Shown in pieces: positions 52,720 to 64,000 of a stretch of DNA of 64,000 bases. The DNA lies in the NCBI GenBank assembly GCA_965287045.1, contig OZ336878.1, positions 105,028,001 to 105,092,000 on the forward strand. Direction: 5' to 3'. The notes under the pieces are model-generated. The model ran no database searches and was not told the DNA's origin. It saw only the letters and a program-made list of their open reading frames with translations. Source of the DNA: Carcharhinus amblyrhynchos (Eukaryota). Positions within the stretch are counted from its first letter, which is position 1, and the number at the start of each line of letters is the position of its first letter. A program made the position numbers and the translations under genes.

Positions 52720-53061
52720 CCATCAGATGTTTCCACTAGTAGGACAGTCTATGACGAGAAGTCATAGTCTTAGGATAAGGAATAGCAAATTTAAAACAGA
52801 GTTGAGGAGAAATAACTTCTCCCAAAGCGTTATGAGCCTGTGAAATTCTATATCCAAAATTATGGTTGATGCTGGGACAGTGAGTAAAGTTGCGGATTTG
52901 TTATATAGATTTTTAAATGGCAGTGGTTTGAAGGGTTATGGGGAAAAGGCAGGAAACTGGGAAGTGGAGCGGATCAGTCTAATCGAACGTTGGAGCAGCT
53001 TCGATGGGCCGAATGGCCCAATTCCGCTCCTGTATCTTATGAACTTTTGAACGTACGAACT
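52720..53061 (+). mobile_element. CR1 LINE 3' end
   Basis: TRSHSLRIR..FKTELRRNNFSQSV..L.NS-type end; GGGCCGAATGGCC hairpin and (TTATGAAC)-like tail. Confidence 0.85.
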
Positions 53062-53804
53062 ATCAAAGCAGGACGTGACGATTCAATTGAACTCCTTAAA
53101 TGTACGTTGTAGATGGTGTAACACATCAGAGGCGTCCAAGCTTCTCATCAGCCATTCTAGCCGTTCATGCAGCTGACACTGTTCAGTTTCTGTTTAAGAT
53201 CGATACGAAATTATTGATAACGGCGAATTCAGCGAATTCCGCGATTGCATTGCCATTTTATCTCAAAGTTGACGATCAGATAGTTTTTCTCTTGGATATA
53301 TTTGTTGCTTTTCACTGAAGTAGCGCGAATTCTACTTGCCACTTGTCAGCCCAAACGGAGAAAGTCAGAAGAAATTGAACTTCGGCTGGTATAATTGAAA
53401 ATCTTGATAATCTTCGGCAAATACATCACTTCACTTCAGTGTGCCACCGCTCGCTCATTAAATAATTCAAAATCATATTATTAACGGAAATGATCAATCA
53501 TTACTTTTTAATAAATAAAATCGATTGATTCAAGCATTTGCAAATTGAACAGATGGACCAATGAAGCCCAATGACTGGAGGGATCATTCGACAAATAAAT
53601 TGAAAGAAGCGCGAAGAAAACAAAATGAAGTTAAGAGCAAGAAGGACGAAATTTTGCGAGACAAGATGTGTCTACAGTGCAACAGGTATCAGTTTTACCG
53701 ATGGCTTACTTAAGTATCCCCTCCAAAATACAGAGAGTGGCATTGAAGCACACTTATGTTATTGGAAGAGGAGATCACAAGTTATTGAATTTTTGACATG
53801 CTTT

Positions 53805-53831
53805 CTGATCTTAAGTCCAACTTGTCTCGAT
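53805..53831 (-). pseudogene. Micro-exon copy with dead donor (DRDKLDLRS)
   Basis: GT changed to AA. Confidence 0.4.
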
Positions 53832-55330
53832 CTGCTCAAATGAATAAGTAAAGCGAGGTAACCGTTTCAGAGCTCGATGTGTCCAACAGAACCCATCAGA
53901 TTTCAAATGAGGTTTCATTGACATTCATCAGCAGCTCACTTTCTTTTCAGGAAATCGCGTTCCTTCTTAAACTTCCTTCACTTCTCTGCTTCTTTTAAAA
54001 TCCCATTATCTGTAGTACTTTATTTCACCCTTGTCAAAATTAAAATGGTGTGATGGGAAGCTAATAGGAATTAATGATTTCCATTTGAAAAGAACATGTT
54101 ATTTACTTTCCGTCCATCCTACTTTTTCCTCTGTTGGTAACAGTGAATTTAAAATTGGAATCTGTTTTTTTTTGCAAAAAGAGGAAACACCAACTTCTAC
54201 GCCATTTATCTTTATTAATGGGAAGTAGTGGTTAGGCAAAAAAAAATGCAGATCAGTAAACGGAGGTGACCTGCATTCAGGGAAGCTTGCAGACCACGCA
54301 GTATACATGTAAACATAGCTCTGAAGTTAATTGATTTCTATGATTTTGACAGAGCGAAACTTACAGCATGGAACATATTTTAAGGTGGGATCATGTTGGC
54401 ATGCAGTGGGGATGCGGGAAGTTTGCCAAGAAATCTGGTTTCCACATGTTGAGGGGGTAATTGAGGCCTTTAAGAATTGTTTGCTGATGGAGTGCGGTTG
54501 AACACCAATCCATCTGCTTTTTTTTGATTGTGTTGAAGTTGTTAAGTGTTGTTGAACTATACCTATCATTGTAGGTCAAGACTAATAAATCGTGCTGCTT
54601 AATTACATTTTTCACGTGGAGGGCGGGATATGGGGAGGCGTTGGATGGAAAGCTGACTAAATTGTTTCACTCTTTCTACTCTCTAATCTGTTTTTCTACC
54701 CACAGCGTTTATATAGGTGGCACTGTTCAATTTCCAGTGAAGGACAACCCCAAGGTTTTGGCGACGTTCGAATCAGCGAACTTATTGCCACTTAACCTGA
54801 ACGGATAACGATTATGTATTTATCCTCTTGGAAAAGTATTTTGCCTCACAAGTCTTTGGCCAAAATGTTACATGCCACTTGTCAGGCCATCCCGGGAAAA
54901 TCATGAGGACTTTAATTTCGGATGATAAACTGGAAAAATATGATAATCTCAGGCAAATACACCATTTTGTAAATTGTCTAACCACACTATCATTGAATAT
55001 TGCAAAATCTTATCATTAGCGATAAAGGCTAAGTATTGCTCTGTCATAATTTCGCTTGACTGAGTGAAATGTTTGCAAATTGAAGATATGGACGAAAGAC
55101 ACAAAATGACTGAGGACATTATTCTGTATTAAAACGAAAGAAGCGCCAAGAAATAAGTCAATACTACTAAATACGAAACTCTACGAAATGGGAGAAGATC
55201 AGCGTGCAAATAATTTTAATCTTTCCTTAGTTAAGCAACCCCTCCAAAATAAAAATATACAAAAAGCGGCGCTGAAGTATATTTAGATTTTTGGAAGAAA
55301 TGAAGTAGAAAACGTTAATCGGTATGCTAC

Positions 55331-55357
55331 CTAAACTTCTTTCCAACTTGTCTCGAT
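55331..55357 (-). CDS. Putative 27-nt micro-exon (DRDKLERSL)
   Basis: gaacag|27 nt|gtagca, open. Confidence 0.4.
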   Translation of the reverse strand: METSWKEV

Positions 55358-56699
55358 CTGTTCAAATGGAGAATTAAATATAATTAATCTTGCTAAACCT
55401 CGAGGCATCCCACAAGCCTGATTAGATGTCACATGACGCGTCATTGGCATTCTTCAGTAACTGTCTATAATTTCAGGCAGTCACTAGTTTACAAATTTCA
55501 ATCAATTATCCTCTTCATTCAAAATTTCATTACTTGCAGGATTTTGTTTTCAGTCTCGCCAAAATGAAATTGATGTGATGGGAAGTTAACGGGAAATAAT
55601 TATTTCCAATTGAAAGTACGTTGTTTGCCTTCTGGCCCTCCTCCGTTTCGTCAAATAACAGCATTGAAATTTCATTCGAAATTCATCTTATTGTAAGAAA
55701 ATAAAATCAGCTTGTATGTTCGTTGTATGCATTCATCAGAAGGAGTGTTTACCGGCTGGACGAGAAGGTAATGTTCAGCAGCAAGCAGAGGTGCTCAGCA
55801 TTCATGAATATCCTGCAGACTATGCCGTGAACGCATGCACACAGTGCTGACAGTAAGCACGTTTTATGACTTCAACGCATCGAAATTGATGGAAAGTCAA
55901 TATAAACAATGTTGTGTGTGTTTTGCCGTAGGGTTTTGGGGATGGGTAAATTGAAAGTTTTTGAGAAACTACGTTTCCACTGGGCAGTGGTCAAATGTTT
56001 GGAACTTACGGTTGGAATTGTTTTGTTGAATTCCGGCAGACAGTTCTTGTGCATAACCATGGAACAGTGTGAGTATTGTTTCTGGGTTGAGGTGGTCGGT
56101 GGGGTCTTTAATGATAGTTTGCCGTTGGGCTGCGGTTGAATATCAAGCCACCGGAGGGCATTTCGTACACCTTATTGTAAAGTTATTTGTTTCTAGACAA
56201 GCACAACATTCATATGCGTATGCATTTGATACAAAGACAAAGACCCGAGACTGCAGCTGTTTTATCGTATCCCATAGGTAATATCACAATCTTTCTAGGA
56301 AGGTGAAAGAAATATCAGTTCAGATAACAGTGAATTATTCCAGTCATTATTTCACGTTCTTTGCTGTGAGCAAGGACATTCAGTTCTGTACTGTTAGTGA
56401 TGTATTAAAACATCCAATTTTACCTACGCTGTCCACTTAATGCAAATGCATACAGAGCAAGAGTATAGTGCATGATGCTGCTGCTGAGATGCTAATTTTC
56501 CTCGTTCCCTGGCAGACCCTCTAATGAGCTGAGTCTCGCCTCACACGTTTCTCCTCTTTGTCCTCCACGGGCAACATCATGAAGTGCTGACGTCTGCGAC
56601 GGCAGAGAACCTGGCTTGTAAAATAAACGACACAGGAAGGTTGATTTGGTAAGGGAAAACTGTGTACCTCTGATTGGTGTGCATGGCTCTGCATCAGCA

Positions 56700-57950
56700 C
56701 AGTGACAATTACATTTGGACGTACATTGCAATGACTATAACCAGAATGAAAAGTGCACATTTTGGAATGTTCTTGAGTAAGCCCCCTAACCATCCTCCTA
56801 CACCACAAGATTATCCACACCAGTCATTTTTTTCCACTCTGGTATTGGATGTAAGAGCTGCAATTGATTATGTGTAATTTCAACATTTTTTTCTACGTAT
56901 CCGTTCTGACTGTGATAGAAAAAAAAACAAGGCTCATTTATGACAGAGCATGCACATGCCTGGGCTGCACGGGGAAATTCCAAAGCCATACGATTCTGTA
57001 TGACCAAGATAGACAGGGAGTGGATCTCAGGTTGCAGGTATTAGAAAGCTCCCACTGCGTTATTTTCTATCATTTCCGTGCTGACTGAGATGTTGATGAT
57101 GGCTCTCTCTTAGGAGGTTATACTAAGACCACGGAAATGACTCTCAAAAATCAGTGGAAGCCAGTTTCCCTAATGACAAGCGGGTTCAGGACATCACGCT
57201 TATGGCGTCCCACAAAAGGGACATAATTTTAAGTTCAATGAGCATAGATTTGTTTTATGCCACAAGCATCAAAGGCTATGTACCTTACGGGGCCTGTGCT
57301 AACCAGTCGATCTGTGATATCTAATAGGCATTGGGGCCACAAAGCCAAAAAATCCTAGATGCAAAATTGTGGGGTAACAGTGGGTGTGGATTTAATAAAA
57401 AAAGGTAATCAAATTGGAGGCTAACAAAGAATTGAATTGAAGTCTACAATTTTGTCCGAGCCTCAATACACAGAGGGCGGTAATATAACCAGACTCGCCC
57501 TGAGACCCCCTCCATAAAAAATTGAATTGGTGCTGCGAAATCAGACACTAGATGACCACAGCCAATAAGTGCTATTATAGATGAGATTGCGAGCCCACAG
57601 AGAGTCCCACTTAGTATTACTGTTTAGGTGACTGAAGTGGCTGAGAGGCGGATTCTGCCATGCGGCATTCTAAAATGTTGGGGATGATAGCAGTTGGGCT
57701 TGAGAATCGGAATAACGTCTCAATGGTGTTGTTCTCAGCAATATACTGGCAATGACTATAGCCTGTATTTCCGACTTCAATACTTCCTTTGGTGAAATTC
57801 CTGCGGGCTCACAGATGTGCTACTCCCTTCGGGACCGTTTGGCTTTGCTGGCGCCGCGAAGTTGGCATATTTCTAATTGGGACTAGCATTTGGTCTTCAT
57901 GCGTAAATTATTAGAAACGAATGCAAAGTAATCACAGTTCTGGGGACGAG
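56700..57950 (-). pseudogene. env: Gamma-type retroviral env remnant (ERV-C)
   Basis: Furin site RHKR (57196-57207), NPL..R.TGFH fusion region, AIINIS, ISD-like VIQNRMALEF..AAQACACSVINEPC, TM GGWLGGLLKNIPKCALFILVIVIAMYV; many stops; upstream boundary uncertain. Confidence 0.8.
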
Positions 57951-58104
57951 GCGGTATTGGGAAATTGGGTATGGGACCAGAAATTTGACTGCTTCTCTTC
58001 TGAGGCTATGGGCTGCATTTCTATAACAGAAGAGCTATTTACTCATCTCCCGATGAGACCATGCAGGGACATGGAAATAATTAGTACAATTAAACGACGT
58101 TGTT

Positions 58105-58385
58105 TTTTTTTTTATTCATTCTTGGGACATGAGCATTGCTGGTTGTTCAGATTTTTGCCGTTCCCTAGTTGCCCGAGGGCTGTTGAGAGTCAACGACATT
58201 GCTGTGGTTCTGGATTCACGCATAGGCCAGATCAAGAGAGTAAATTTCCTTCCACAACGGACAGTAGTGAATCAGATGGGTTATTTCCCACAATGGACAA
58301 TGGTTTCACGTTGATAAGTGGATTTTTAATTCCAGATTTATTTAACTGAACACAAATCCCACCATCTGCTATGCTGGGATTTGGA
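58105..58385 (-). mobile_element. Short LINE-tail-derived repeat
   Basis: TTTTTATTCATTCTTGGGACATG start, the same tail type as the monomer LINE. Confidence 0.6.
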
Positions 58386-58717
58386 TTCTATCATAACACC
58401 ACGAGGTCTTCACCTCCCCAAGTTGATACGGTGCTCTATTCCTGTGTTGAAGCATGCCAGTTCGGGGAACCACTTGCGGTGTCAAACATGTATTTTTCGC
58501 CGCTTCCTTTCAAGTTTCAGTGTTGTGTATATTGTTAGAAACACCTTCTGTGATCCTTCCCAATGCAGTTCCTGACAACTCCTTTGTTATTGAACCTTCA
58601 CTATTACATAGTACATCGGCGAGTGAACGTGCAGCTCTCGCTGATGAGTTACCTGTAAGTCTTTGGCTACCTGTGAATAAAATCCTTTCAAAGATTGTGT
58701 TAGTGCATTGCAGCATA

Positions 58718-60446
58718 TAGTCAAAGGAATCTATGCTTTGAACCAGAGGAAATGGGCGAGATATTAAATCAATCCTTTGCTCCAGTATTTACCAACGAGA
58801 GGGACTTGATGAGTGAAGAGCCTCTGGTACAGTTTGTCGACATTCCAGAACATCTCGACATTAAAGAGGAGGCGTATTGGGCGTCATAAACAGCATTGAA
58901 ATAGATACGTCCCCAGCGCCTGATAGGATGAACCCCATAATACTGGGGAAAGAAAGGGCAGAAATTATTGGGGCCTTGACAGAAACCTTTGTATCGTCTT
59001 TGGCTGCAAGTGAAGTTCCATAGGATTGAGGATAGCCAATGTCGTTCCATTGTATTAGAAGCGCAGCAGGGATAATTCAGAAAATTATCAGCCGGTGAAC
59101 ATTAGGTCAAAGGTAGGGAAATTATTCGGAAATATTCCTTTAAACAGATTTTATTCTCATTTGGAAAGAAAAAAGACATATTTGTGATAAAAAAATATCG
59201 ATTTGTGTAGGAGAGATTGAGTTTTTCAGAGAAAGGAAGGAAAATGATAGACGAAGAAAGATAATAGAAGTTGCCTATATTCACTTAATTAAAGCCTTTG
59301 ACAAGTTACCTCATGGTAGATTGGTATAGAAAGTGAAGTCACACGGGATCAGAGGAGAGTTGGCAACATGGATATGGAACTGGCTTGGCTATGGACGACA
59401 GAAGTTAGCAGCAGGGTGGTGTGTTCCGAATGGAAGGATGTGACTAATGATTTTCCACAGAGATCATTTCTGGGATCTTTGTTGTTTGTAGATGTACATG
59501 ATTTGGAGGAAAATGTAGCCGCTGTGTTTCAAAAGTTTGCAAAAGGCACAAAAACGTTTCAGAGTTGTGGATAATGAAGATGATTTTTGGATGATACAGC
59601 AAGACATAGCACGTTGGAGACGTGGGCAGACAAATGGGAGAAGGAGGTTATTCTGAACAAGTGTTGCTAACGTATTTTGGAAGGTCCAATACATGTCGGA
59701 ATTATGCAGGAAATGGTAGAACCTTTAGAAGTATTAACAGACAGAGAGATCTGGGTGTACACGTCCAATGATCACTGAAAGTGGCAACACAGCTGTTATT
59801 AAGCAAGAAGCCATGAGGCATGCCTGCATTCATCAGTCGAGGTTTTGAGCATGCAAGTTCGCAGATCATGTGGGAACATAAATTGGGCCTCACTTAGAAT
59901 ATTCTGTACAGTTTTTGTCACCACACTGCTAGAAGGATGTTGGTTTTGGCAATGGTACAGACGAGGTTTACCAAGATGTTGCCTGGTCTCGTGGCTTATA
60001 GTGATAACTAGAGGTTGGAAAAATCAGTTTGTTCTGAATAGAACAACAAAGGTTGCGGGATGACCAGGTAAAGGTTAACAGGGTTTTTTTTGGTACATCA
60101 ATAGAGTGGATCGTCAGATGATCTTTCCGAAGGTAGAAAAATCAATACTTTGGGACGTAAGTTTAAGGTGAGTGGGGAAAAGTGTAGAGGAGATACGCGA
60201 GGAAAGTCTATTACATCGAGTGTGGTGAATGTCTTGAATGCACTGCGTGGGAGCAGGTGCAATAGCGGTTTTTTACGCGACAACTGGACAAATACATGAA
60301 TGTGATGGGAAAGGAACATACAGACTCCGTAAATGCAATCGTCATCATTCTCTGGTGGTATTAGTTATGAAGAGAGGTTGGAAAAATCGTGTTCTGAATG
60401 GAATGACGGAGGTTTGGGGGTGACCAGATAAAGGTTAACAAGGTTT
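58718..60446 (+). mobile_element. Decayed CR1 LINE (RT region to 3' end) with local duplication 60345-60446
   Basis: EMGEILN..F..VFT, DWRIANVVP, KAFDKLPH, PQRSFLGSLLF and KFA..TK remnants. Confidence 0.9.
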
Positions 60447-61021
60447 TGTGTCGCAGCTTGGAGATCCGAAGGGCCTCTCCTTGTACTTTACTGTTACTTG
60501 ATCTTGGATTCATCGAATGTATTGCTTTTAAATCTCAATGGATAATGGTTATGTGTTCTCTATTCTTCGAACAGATGGTCTTTCCCTATTCAGTGGCAGA
60601 ACATTATTTGCCACTTGGGGTGCCCAAGACGAGATAAGGGACAAGGGTTGGATTTCACTTGATAACCTCTAAAATGTTGACATTCGCAGGCAATCACACC
60701 CCTTGGTAGAGTACATGACCGCTGGTTCATTGGAAATGGACATGTGCGTTAACTAACAATTGGTCATTGAACGGATGATCCAATGGCATATATTGGCTGT
60801 GGACCTCATTTTCCGAAATTGATGGAAGCAATCTCCAAGCAAACCTAAAGAAAGTAACAGGGAAGCTGAAACTTACGACGAGGCAAGACCAGATTGCAAT
60901 ATCTATTATGTCTACCTGCGCCACAGTTAAGCATCACCTCCGAATTATTAGCAATGCATTCGAAACAAATGTAGACTCTTGGAAGAAAATAGGTGTTGAA
61001 AATGTCTTCCACATATGTTGC

Positions 61022-61048
61022 CTCATCCTATGTGCAACATGTCTGGCT
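61022..61048 (-). pseudogene. Degenerate micro-exon copy
   Basis: GC donor and phase-1 TGA. Confidence 0.4.
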
Positions 61049-62844
61049 CTGCTCAAGTGGACAAGTAAAACTGATTGATATTTTCAAAGTTTCATACGTG
61101 CCACAGAATGTATCCGATATTTAATGATGAAAAATTGCCCTTCATCATGAGTTCACTTTCTTTTCAGGAAGCCCCTTTCCTGCTCAAACGTTCTTTGCTT
61201 CTCCTTTTAATTTTAAATTCCAGTGCCTGTATTTTTTTTTATTTTTTCAAAATTAAATTGAGGCAATGGGAAGCAAAAGGGCACTAATAATTTCCAATTG
61301 ACGGAAAACTACTTATTTTCTGGCATTCTTGCGTTTTATTACGTAACAGCGGTAATATAAAATTATGAACACGACTTTTTTTGTAAAACAAAGAAAATAA
61401 ATTTGTGCATTGTGTGTATTCATTCATGAAACGTAGAAGTTGTTGTTTTTACCCTATTTTAATGCTTATCAGAACGCGGCGTTAATCCGCCCCCATTAAG
61501 CCCGACATAACATACCGTTTATGTGCAACCACAGTGCTGTGAGAAACTGCGTTTCTTGATTTTGGCCTAGAGAAATTGCAAGTATGGCAATATATTTCAA
61601 TGTCACGCTGGTTTTGCAATGACGGTAATGGGTGGGGGGGGGGGGTGGTCGGGGAGGTGGAGGGGCGAGTGGGTAACTTGAAATTTGCAGAGCCATTCTC
61701 TTTCTACAGGCCAGCGGTCAGGGGTATGGAATTTGCAATTGGAGCATTTTTTCTTAAATTATAGCAGATCCGTCTCTGAAACAATGTTGCCATTATGTGA
61801 AGTTGGCTTGAAGGTTTGAGGGGGATGGTGGGGAGAACATCAAGCCTTATGTCTTCGATTGGATATCGTTGAGTTTGCTGAATGTTTTCGGAACAATATC
61901 TATCCAGTTCGGTCGAGATTATACAATTGCACTCCTTAATTATGCTTTGTAGATGTTCGTCTGAGCTTTTGGAAAGGAGTCGGCTCGGGCAAGACGTAAT
62001 TAAAACATTGCACTCTTCCTAGCTTTTTGCTTTCTATTCCAGCCACAACATTTATATGGTTGGCACTGCTCAGTTTCTAAATATGTTGATAACCGCGGAT
62101 TCAGTGATTTCATTGCAATTTAATGTCAATGTTTGACATTATGTTTTTTCACTTCTTGGATCAAGAGGCACAATATGCATGTAGGATATTGTCCGTTTCC
62201 TCTGGTTCCAACCATAGATTCCCTTCACTATCCATGACAGGCCAAACCCTCCCCTTCGCTAACTTCTTTCCCTTTACATACGTGTAAAATGCCTTTGGAT
62301 GTGACTGAATCCTGTTTTCGAAGGGTGATTCATGACCTCTTTAAGCACTCCTAACTCTTCTCGACTCACAATTCTGTAGTGCCTATGCTGCTAGACAATG
62401 GGCTGCCCAAACCGAAAAAAAAAGTTTAATTTCGGTTGATAAGCTTGAAAACTTTGATAACTTCTGACAAATACACCATTTTTGTGCTATGTGTGTCCAC
62501 TCCATCATTAAATAATTCAAAATCATGTCCTTAGCAGAAATTGTTTTATACCACTAAGTAATAATTAAAGTTAGTTGAATCAAACATTTACAAATTGAAG
62601 AGATGGGCCAATGGTGCACAATTGCTGTGCAAATCATTCTGCAAGTACATGGAAACAAGAGCCAGGAAACATTGACGTCAACACCACTAAATGCGAAATG
62701 TTAATCGACGAGATTAGACAAACAATGTTTAGTTTGTTGATGCCTGAGTTAAGCAATCCATTCAAAATATTAAATGCAGCATTGTGGCACATTTAGATGA
62801 TTCGAAGAAGAGAGGTATGAAATGTTCACTTCTTGATGTGTTAC

Positions 62845-62871
62845 CTGATCTGATGTCCGTCTTTTCTAGAT
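62845..62871 (-). CDS. Putative 27-nt micro-exon (DLEKTDIRS)
   Basis: gagcag|27 nt|gtaaca, open. Confidence 0.45.
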
Positions 62872-62984
62872 CTGCTCAAATTGATCATTAATCATAATTA
62901 ATCATTCCAAATCTTGAAGCGTCTAAGAGAACTCTTCAGATTTCAAATAAAATGTCATTTGTCCCTTAGTTTCAGAACGTTAGC

Positions 62985-64000
62985 ACGGATAATCAAGGTA
63001 ATTTCAGGTCGGTGAGCCATATATCAGTGGTAGGGAAATTATTGCGGAGAATTCTTCGAGACAGGGCGTACTCCCACTTGGAAATAAGTGGACGTATTAT
63101 CGAGGGGCAGCATGGTTTTGTGAAGGGAAAGTCGTTCTCACTGTTTTTTGGAGAAAGTGACGAAAATGATTGACGAGATTAGGACAGTTGATCTTGTCTA
63201 AATGGACTTCAACAACACCATTGACAAGTCCATCAGGGTAGATTGTTATTGACGATGCAGCCACACGGGATTAGAGGTGAGCTGTCAAGATGGATGCAGA
63301 ACTAAGCCATCCATAGAGGACAGAAGGTAGCAGTGCAAAGGTGCATACCTGAATTGAGGGCTGTGACATGTGACGTACCTCAGAGGTCATTGTTGGGTCC
63401 TTTGCTGTTTGTAATACTTTTTAAATAATTTGGAGGAAAATGTAATTGATTTAATTGTTAAGCTTCCAGATAACATGAAGTTGGAGAAATTGTGGATAGT
63501 GATTTGAAAATCAGGGAACATAACAAACTTTAGATCGGTTGGAGTCTTGGGTGGAGACAACACAGGTCGTATTTGATCCCTATAAAAGTGAGGAACTGCA
63601 TTTTGGTTGGGCTATTACAGATGGTAAATACACAGTAAATGGCACATCACTCAAGAGTATAGATGGGCAGAGCGATCTGGGTGTACAGGTACACAGCTCC
63701 CTTGAAGTGGCAACGTAGGTGGACAAGTTAGTGAAGAAGGCAAATGACATACTTGTCTTCATAGGCCGGGGCACTGAGTTTAAAAATCGGCAAGTCATGC
63801 TACGGTTTTATAGAACATTTTTAGGCTGCACTTAGAATATAGTGTTCTTTACTGGACAACACACTGCCAGAAGAATGTGGGGGCTTTGCAGAGGGCACAC
63901 TAAATATTTACAGAGTGTTGCCTGACATGGAGGACGTTAGCTATGAGGTGAGGTTGGATAATCTTCGTTTGCTCTCATTGGAACTTCGGAGGTTGAGGGG
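62985..64000 (+). mobile_element. Decayed CR1 LINE RT region, runs off the window
   Basis: QHGFVKGKS, MDF..IDK, VPQRSLLGPLLF and DLGVQVHSSLKVA remnants. Confidence 0.9.

Larger units (their letters stand above)
6858..62960. repeat. Diverged tandem array (macrosatellite-like) of a ~1.6-1.7 kb monomer, 27 core copies, interrupted by TEs and deletions
   Basis: Recurring core TTACCTGATCTTATGTCCATCTTGTCTCGATCTGCTCAAATGGAGAAGTAAAGC; uninterrupted core spacings 1663 (8136-9799), 1633 (13811-15444) and 1613 (19893-21506). Confidence 0.95.

Overview
Vertebrate genomic DNA, most likely a shark (inferred from tRNA-derived HE1/V-SINE-like elements, CR1 LINEs and Penelope/Rex1-type ends). No intact conventional protein gene, rRNA, tRNA or CRISPR was found, and most ORF-track entries are noise. 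From about 6.9 to 63 kb the window is an old, diverged tandem array of a ~1.6-1.7 kb monomer; I located 27 core copies, including a 4x repeated three-monomer higher-order block at ~22.8-41.3 kb. Each monomer is ~0.85 kb of a decayed minus-strand LINE 3' end plus ~0.8 kb of non-TE sequence. The non-TE half holds, on the minus strand, a branch-point-like TTAAT, a polypyrimidine tract, AG, a 27-nt segment (consensus ATCGAGACAAGATGGACATAAGATCAG) and GTAAC, i.e. a candidate frame-preserving micro-exon (about DRDKMDIRS in phase 1). 17 of 27 copies keep GT, AG, 27 nt and an open phase-1 frame. No other host-gene exon is visible, so function is unproven. Insertions include a rearranged LTR retrovirus (1-6857) with a tRNA-Pro PBS and an Env laid out like a paramyxo/pneumovirus F protein, a solo LTR of the same family, an epsilon/gamma-like gag-pol remnant, a gamma-type env remnant, an MRPL55 retrocopy nested in a MITE, SINEs, LINE fragments and a SINE-derived minisatellite. 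All alignments were done by eye, so element boundaries are approximate unless stated otherwise.
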